A DNA stretch of 64,000 nt from an uncultured Gammaproteobacteria bacterium (GTDB lineage: Bacteria > Pseudomonadota > Gammaproteobacteria > Xanthomonadales > SZUA-36): positions 1,129,695 through 1,193,694 of the forward strand of contig CAWDDX010000007.1 of assembly GCA_963801195.1 (NCBI GenBank), in the 5' to 3' direction. The notes beneath the pieces were generated by a model. It worked only from the letters and a program-made list of their open reading frames with translations. It was not told the origin of the DNA and did no database searches. The position numbers and the translations under genes were made by a program. The first letter of the stretch is position 1. Each line of letters opens with the position of its first letter. Below, one piece after another: positions 58,444 to 64,000 of this stretch.

Positions 58444-61400
58444 ATGGAATTATATTTGATCAACCGCCGACTGGTAAAATTGCTGCTGACCCTGGCCATC
58501 CTGGTAAGCGGAGCGGCCATTCCCGCGTTATCGGGCGCGGTGGCCGCAGAACAGTCAAAGATGCAGGAATATTTTGTTCAGCAGGCGGTCAATGAGGACC
58601 TGTTAATAACGATCAACGCTTTTGAAGCCGAATTCGAGTCCAGAGTATCGGGTCCAAACGGCGAGCTTTTACTCTTGTCCGGCATCACCGGCAGCCGTAT
58701 CGTGCCGGTTTTTCAATACATCTATGCGCCTAAAAACAATCGTCAGATCGATATAGAAGTCACTTCCGGTGTGAACACAGGACGCACCGAGTTTGGTATC
58801 GAGCTGACCCGCTTGAAACCCTGGGACTCAAGGAGCAATTCCATCTCCCGGGCGTACAAATTGCTGTCGTTTGGAACGGAGCTTGATGGCAATGCAAGCC
58901 AGGTGAACTGGACGATAAAGATCGACAGCCTGACGAATGCCGGAAAGCTGTTTGAGCAATATGGTATGCAGGAAATGCGATTGTGGGCCAATTACCTGGC
59001 CGCGCACCACGTCCTGTTTTATCTGCACGACCACAGTATCGCCTACAGCATGACCCGTGACATCCTGTCCGAACTCAAGGGTACACGTCTGCAGAAAATA
59101 GAGCTCGCGACCCTGCAACTTCAAGGCATGGCGCTTATGGGTCTGAGGAAATCGGGTTCATTGAACATAAGCAAGGGAGATTCCGATCCGGTGCAGGCAG
59201 TGCTTTCACGTACGGCTGAACTCGCGCGATCGATGGGTTATGAGTATGAACTCGCGCGCGCGCTGTATGACAGCGGCCTGGAGTACGCCGGCCAGTCGTC
59301 CAATACGGACGCGCTCGATCAGTTCCAGCAGGCCGTGCAGATCGCTGACGGGGTCGGCAGTACAGAAATGGCGAAAGCGATTCGCGAAAGTATCGTTCAG
59401 GTACATACCGTCCTCGGAGACGCACCGGCCAGCAGCGAGGTGCTCCAGGAGATTGAATCCCAACTGGTCGAGGATGGCGGAGGTGACGAACTTGCTCTCA
59501 ATCTGTTGGCGCAGGCGCGCCTGTTGATTGGAAAGTACCGTTATCGCGAGGCCCTGAAGGTGTTGTCCGGTGCGCTTGCTTATCAAAACAACAGCGCCAT
59601 CCGCCGGCAAATCTATTTTGAACTGGCGAAAATTCTTTATGAAACCGGGCGCATGGACGATTCGCTGAAATACCTCCAGCTGGCCGGAATCAACCCCGAT
59701 TCAAGCCGGAATCGACGTGTAAATCCGGTGGTCGATGTCGGCGAAGGACTGCAAATCCTGGCCAATATCTACCGTTACAAGGGTGAATTTGAGCGCATGC
59801 AGACCACGCGGAGCGCGCAGGGACAGTACCGGCCGGCCACGGATCAATACCTGTATGACCAGGGCATGGACGCCCTCGCTACGCCCGGCGACCACCGGCA
59901 GCGCGCCGCATCGCTCTTGCGCCGGAGCTTTGAAGTTGCCGGGCCGGCCGGCCATGATGATATTGAACATCTGGCACAGCTGCACTATTGCGTATTGACA
60001 GACCCTGCAGATGGTTTGTGTTCAAATGCGGCACTCAACAGGGCTCATGAATGGCTTATTGCCGCGGCTGTGCCGAGGGTCACCTCGGAAGCCATGTATG
60101 TGTGGGTGCAACTGCTGTTACGTGATGGGAGGCGCGGTGAAGCCAACGCTGTTATGGAGGGGCTGATCGATGATATTCACGTGATGCGCTTTTCGCTGCC
60201 GGGGGTACTCGGCTCCTGGTACTGGGAGCGGCATGAACAGATTTTTGAAACCTGGCTCGGGATGCTCATCAGCGAGTCACGACAACGCGGCAGTACAGAA
60301 GGATCGGCGTCGTTGCTGGCCCTGAGCAAAATGAGGTTTATTGAAGGTACAACCGAGTCCTATGCCGGTAAGGGGGGGGAAGCTGACTCGTTGCGGACAC
60401 TCCTGGCACAACGCGCCGATCCGGGAGCGGGGCAGTCACGTCTGACCCTGAACGAAAAAATCATGCCTGGCCTGGACAAGCTGCGCGCAGATTTCCACGA
60501 ACGCTTTGCGTTCCTGTCAGACGCGGGTCTGAAAAAATACCTGCGTAGCCTGGCGGAAGACGAAACGGTAATGACCTATCATCTTGGCCCGCGCCTGGCA
60601 CAGGTGTGGATTGCAAACAAAAACGGGGTTCAGCGACGGGATATTGCCGATCCCGCGAAAGTGTATCAGGGTATTCAAACGGACCGGCTAAGCCTGGCGG
60701 ATATCGGACTGGCCGCTTTTGATGACAAAATGGATGAGCTGGGAAAACAACTGTTGCAACCGGTTGCCGATCTCCTGACAGACACGATCTATGCAATTCC
60801 GGCTGGCCCGCTGTTGGGGGTTCCGCTGGATGCACTGCGGTTCAATGGACATTACCTGGTGGAACGTCATAACGTGGTGAACCTGCTTTCCTTTCCGCAA
60901 AACGTCAACCCGGCCAGCAGTCTGCAGACGGGATTATTGCAAAGTGTCTTCCTCGCCGGCAACCCAATGGATTACGCAGGCGATTACGCGACCCGGCTTG
61001 AAACCTCGGCCGAGATCAGTGCGGTGGCGGACCTGTTTGTCGGTCCGGGACTGCAAATTGTGCAGGGGGTCGCCCTGTTACCCGATGAATTCCAGTCCGA
61101 CCACTTCAGCCAGTCAAACCTGGTGCACTTGTCGATGCCGGGCGTTATCAACCTCGAACATCCCGACCAATCGGGACTTGAGCTTTCCGAGAGTGAATAT
61201 GAGCCGGGGCGTGCCATACTGCTGTCCCCGGATATCCGTTCGCAGAACCTGGGTGCCGGGCTGGTATTCCTGAGTTCACTGAGACTGAGCGGAATTCCGC
61301 GCTCAGGTTTCAGCAGTCAACCCGGTCTCGTCGCGGACTTCATGGCGGCGGGAGCAGAGTCGGTCATCGTCAATTTATGGGCCGGTGACGCCGGCTCGAA

Positions 61401-61548
61401 TGTGACTTTCATCACCAGCTTCTACCGCTCGCTAAAGGCATCGGCCAACACCGCCGCGGCCCTGCGAAACTCAAGACTTGAATATTTGGAAAGTGGTCGT
61501 GATGACGGTAACTACGACTGGGCCGGGTACCAGCTTTATATCAAGTAA
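58444..61548 (+). CDS. secreted TPR-like repeat protein with C-terminal CHAT (caspase-like) domain, catalytic dyad apparently lost
   Basis: 1034 aa. Signal peptide (ALSGAVAAEQ) and a helical-repeat middle region. C-terminal CHAT pattern: LVHLSMPG...LVFLSSLRLSG...AGAESVIVNLWA...WAGYQLY. Confidence 0.7.
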   Translation: MELYLINRRLVKLLLTLAILVSGAAIPALSGAVAAEQSKMQEYFVQQAVNEDLLITINAFEAEFESRVSGPNGELLLLSGITGSRIVPVFQYIYAPKNNRQIDIEVTSGVNTGRTEFGIELTRLKPWDSRSNSISRAYKLLSFGTELDGNASQVNWTIKIDSLTNAGKLFEQYGMQEMRLWANYLAAHHVLFYLHDHSIAYSMTRDILSELKGTRLQKIELATLQLQGMALMGLRKSGSLNISKGDSDPVQAVLSRTAELARSMGYEYELARALYDSGLEYAGQSSNTDALDQFQQAVQIADGVGSTEMAKAIRESIVQVHTVLGDAPASSEVLQEIESQLVEDGGGDELALNLLAQARLLIGKYRYREALKVLSGALAYQNNSAIRRQIYFELAKILYETGRMDDSLKYLQLAGINPDSSRNRRVNPVVDVGEGLQILANIYRYKGEFERMQTTRSAQGQYRPATDQYLYDQGMDALATPGDHRQRAASLLRRSFEVAGPAGHDDIEHLAQLHYCVLTDPADGLCSNAALNRAHEWLIAAAVPRVTSEAMYVWVQLLLRDGRRGEANAVMEGLIDDIHVMRFSLPGVLGSWYWERHEQIFETWLGMLISESRQRGSTEGSASLLALSKMRFIEGTTESYAGKGGEADSLRTLLAQRADPGAGQSRLTLNEKIMPGLDKLRADFHERFAFLSDAGLKKYLRSLAEDETVMTYHLGPRLAQVWIANKNGVQRRDIADPAKVYQGIQTDRLSLADIGLAAFDDKMDELGKQLLQPVADLLTDTIYAIPAGPLLGVPLDALRFNGHYLVERHNVVNLLSFPQNVNPASSLQTGLLQSVFLAGNPMDYAGDYATRLETSAEISAVADLFVGPGLQIVQGVALLPDEFQSDHFSQSNLVHLSMPGVINLEHPDQSGLELSESEYEPGRAILLSPDIRSQNLGAGLVFLSSLRLSGIPRSGFSSQPGLVADFMAAGAESVIVNLWAGDAGSNVTFITSFYRSLKASANTAAALRNSRLEYLESGRDDGNYDWAGYQLYIK

Positions 61549-61563
61549 CAACGTAGTGTAGTG

Positions 61564-62973
61564 TCAACCCTGTAACGTAGGTTCGAATATCTTGCCCCTG
61601 TTGAGAATATTCTTTGGATCCAGTGCCTGTTTCAGTTTTTTCATGAGTGAGATTTCAGCCTCACTGCGGGAATGTTTCAAATACGCACGCTTTTCAAGAC
61701 CGATCCCGTGTTCTGCAGAGATCACGCCATGACGACGGCCGAGAGCCTCGTAAATGATGCTTTCAACTGTATGTACTGCAGCTGGTTCAAGACTTCCAAC
61801 AGTGATGACCAGGTGTATGTTGCCGTCTCCGATATGGCCGAATGCGACCATGCGCGCGTCCGTCCAGCGCTCCGTCAGGCGAGCGCGAACCTCGTCTACA
61901 TAACCATCCATCTCCGGGATGTCCAGGCTGACGTCGAAGACCATCGACGGAAATAGCTTGCGTGTCAACTCCTCGATGTCATCCCTTATGGCCCACAGGT
62001 CCGCACGATGTTTTTTGCTCTGCGCGACAACCGCATCCACGATCAGTTCGGATTCAAAAGCCTCCTGCAATGCTTCTTCAAAACGCGCCCCGTCAAATTC
62101 CTGGTGGCCGCCGGTCGACTCGAGCAGCACATAGAAGGCATGTGCGGGATCAAGCGGGGGAGGGTGTTTGCTGCCATCGCCGATAATTGTCTGGTAGAAA
62201 TCGTTCCACAGCACCTCAAATGCACTCAGGGTGCCGCCCAGCGCTGAGTCCATTTTGTTGAGCAAGCCGGCGACCCGGTCAAATCGGTCTATCGCAACCA
62301 GTGCGGTATTAACCGAAACCGGCATCGGCCGCAGACGCAACACGGCCCGGGTGACAATGCCGAGGGTGCCCTCAGAGCCCACGAACAGTTGCTTCAGGTC
62401 ATAACCGGTATTGTTCTTGATAACGCCCTTGAGCGAAGAAATGATGGTGCCATCGGCCAGCACAGCTTCCACGCCGAGCAATTGTTCGCGCATCATCCCG
62501 TAGCGAATGACACTGTTCCCACCCGCATTGGTGGAGATGTTGCCGCCAATGGTGCAACTGCCGCGCGCGCCAAGGTCCAGGGGAAACAACAGGCCGGACG
62601 CCTCTGCGACCTCGTGAACCCTCTGCAGCGGCACGCCTGCCTCTACCGTCACGGTGCGGTTAACCGCATCGACAGCCCCGATCCGGTTCATACGCTCAAG
62701 CGACAGCACAATGTCGTCCTCGCCGGCCCTGGCGCCGCCTACCAAACCGGTGACGCCCCCGTGGGTTACCACGTTTTGACCCGCTGCATGGCAGAGTCTG
62801 AGAACGGCGGACACTTCCCCGGTACTGGCGGGACGTATGATGGCTTGCGCTCGGCAAGCCCCCTTGGGCGGCCATGTATCGGCACGGGCCGTGACATCTT
62901 CACCAAGCAGCACACCACCGGGGGAAACTACTTTTTCAATCGCTTTTATTATATTCAAAGCTTTCATATACAA
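61564..62973 (-). CDS. FAD-linked oxidase (GlcD/D-lactate dehydrogenase family)
   Basis: 469 aa. PCMH-type FAD-binding pattern VVTHGGVTGLVGGA...GGNISTNAGG and C-terminal SAEHGIGLEK. Confidence 0.8.
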   Translation of the reverse strand: MYMKALNIIKAIEKVVSPGGVLLGEDVTARADTWPPKGACRAQAIIRPASTGEVSAVLRLCHAAGQNVVTHGGVTGLVGGARAGEDDIVLSLERMNRIGAVDAVNRTVTVEAGVPLQRVHEVAEASGLLFPLDLGARGSCTIGGNISTNAGGNSVIRYGMMREQLLGVEAVLADGTIISSLKGVIKNNTGYDLKQLFVGSEGTLGIVTRAVLRLRPMPVSVNTALVAIDRFDRVAGLLNKMDSALGGTLSAFEVLWNDFYQTIIGDGSKHPPPLDPAHAFYVLLESTGGHQEFDGARFEEALQEAFESELIVDAVVAQSKKHRADLWAIRDDIEELTRKLFPSMVFDVSLDIPEMDGYVDEVRARLTERWTDARMVAFGHIGDGNIHLVITVGSLEPAAVHTVESIIYEALGRRHGVISAEHGIGLEKRAYLKHSRSEAEISLMKKLKQALDPKNILNRGKIFEPTLQG

Positions 62974-62977
62974 TATG

Positions 62978-64000
62978 TTATAGCTTTCTTTTAAGAATAA
63001 AACTTAACATTTTGTTGACCCGTTTCCCATACGGAGGGGCGAGCCATTTCAGAGTGCTGAAGCCAGCCTGGTAAAACACCGGGCGCAATTTGGAGAAGGT
63101 CACAAAACCTTCGTAACCATGATAGTGCCCCATGCCACTGGCACCCACCCCGCCAAAAGGCAGGTCGTGTTGGCCGGGGTGGATCATGGCGTCATTCACA
63201 CAAACGCCACCTGACATGACATTGTCCAGATAGTACGACTGCAGCTTCTTGTCATGGGTGAAAGGATAAAAAGCCAGGGGGCGTGCACGCCGGCCAATGT
63301 ATTCGCGTACCTGATGCTGATCCTTATACGGTATGACGGGCAGGACTGGTCCGAAAATCTCCCGCTGCAACAACTCCATGTTGTCGGAAGCATCGAGCAC
63401 CAGGTGTGGCGCAATTTTTCGCGAACCGGGCTTTGCTTCCTGGCCCTCGGCCAGGTTGATAAGCGTAGCGCCGCCGGTTTTGGCATCGTTCAGCGCCGCC
63501 GTGAGACGATCGAAGGACTTTTGATCAATGATGGACGTATAGTCCGGGCTGTTGATGTCCGGGCAATGTTTGCTAATCCATGCTTTCGAGGTTTCGACAA
63601 ATTCATCCACACGGTCTTCGGACACGAACACATAGTCAACATTCACGCACACCTGGCCGGCATTGAATATCTTGGCAAACATGATGCGCTCAACGGCTTT
63701 TTTCATCGGGTAATCCGGTGCAATGACCGCCGGTGACTTTCCGCCAAGTTCCAGCGTGACGGGTGTCAGGTTTTTCGCCGCCGAGGCCATGACCGCCTTA
63801 CCGGTCGCACCGGACCCGGTGAAGAACAGGTGATCGAAGGGTAACTTTGAAAACTGGATGCCTACGCCACCGGTTTCCTCAAAAAAACGAAGTTTGTCCG
63901 CTGGAAAATAAGCGGCGGACAGTCCGCTCAGCAATCGGGTCAGGTTCCTGGAGTTTTCGGACATTTTGACCATTGCACGATTACCGGCGGCAAAAATATA
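62978..64000 (-). CDS. aldehyde dehydrogenase (coniferyl-aldehyde-DH-like), N-terminus outside the window
   Basis: ELGGKSP, FTGSGATGK, and the catalytic region FNAGQVCV. The frame stays open to the window end (..FAAGNRAMVKMSE). Confidence 0.85.
   Translation of the reverse strand, partial: YIFAAGNRAMVKMSENSRNLTRLLSGLSAAYFPADKLRFFEETGGVGIQFSKLPFDHLFFTGSGATGKAVMASAAKNLTPVTLELGGKSPAVIAPDYPMKKAVERIMFAKIFNAGQVCVNVDYVFVSEDRVDEFVETSKAWISKHCPDINSPDYTSIIDQKSFDRLTAALNDAKTGGATLINLAEGQEAKPGSRKIAPHLVLDASDNMELLQREIFGPVLPVIPYKDQHQVREYIGRRARPLAFYPFTHDKKLQSYYLDNVMSGGVCVNDAMIHPGQHDLPFGGVGASGMGHYHGYEGFVTFSKLRPVFYQAGFSTLKWLAPPYGKRVNKMLSFILKRKL

Noticed and set aside
62389-62994. 201-aa plus-strand ORF inside the FAD-linked oxidase gene
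   Set aside because: It is antisense to a complete GlcD-family gene.

Overview
This window is 64 kb of a proteobacterial, probably gammaproteobacterial, chromosome. By eye it is moderately GC-rich, with several AT-richer inserts.

Left third (housekeeping):
- a CBS-protein fragment and an lhr helicase whose frame is broken three times
- two tandem PilT-family ATPases
- a gamma-carbonic-anhydrase-like protein, a DMT transporter and a GNAT
- acnA, mnmA-hflD, clpS-clpA and infA
- tRNA-Gly(GCC) and tRNA-Cys(GCA)

Middle:
- Directly 3' of tRNA-Cys lies a ~2.4 kb AT-rich islet. It is bounded by an imperfect ~42-bp direct repeat of the tRNA 3' end plus its terminator. It has no integrase.
- Next comes an ~18 kb xanthomonadin-type aryl-polyene biosynthetic cluster. 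It encodes a XanB2-like chorismatase, two flavin halogenases, ACP, an aryl ligase, KS/CLF, KR, two dehydratases and a thioesterase. It also encodes acyl- and glycosyltransferases, a LolA-like/MMPL export pair, a methyltransferase and an esterase.

Right third:
- a small cytochrome c, orphan envelope proteins and an ~1139-aa S8 subtilase
- the most interesting part, a ~12 kb cluster at about 49.1-61.5 kb

That cluster combines:
- a MotA/ExbB-type proton channel
- two paralogous MotB/ExbD-like TM-coiled-coil-vWA proteins
- two FHA proteins
- a Ser/Thr kinase with a periplasmic FGE-like domain
- an acidic secreted repeat protein
- a divergently encoded secreted TPR-CHAT protein whose catalytic dyad looks degenerate

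I do not recognise this combination as a described system.

The window ends with an FAD-linked oxidase and a truncated aldehyde dehydrogenase. I found no CRISPR array, rRNA, transposase or integrase. All family calls come from motifs read by eye in the supplied translations; no database search was run.
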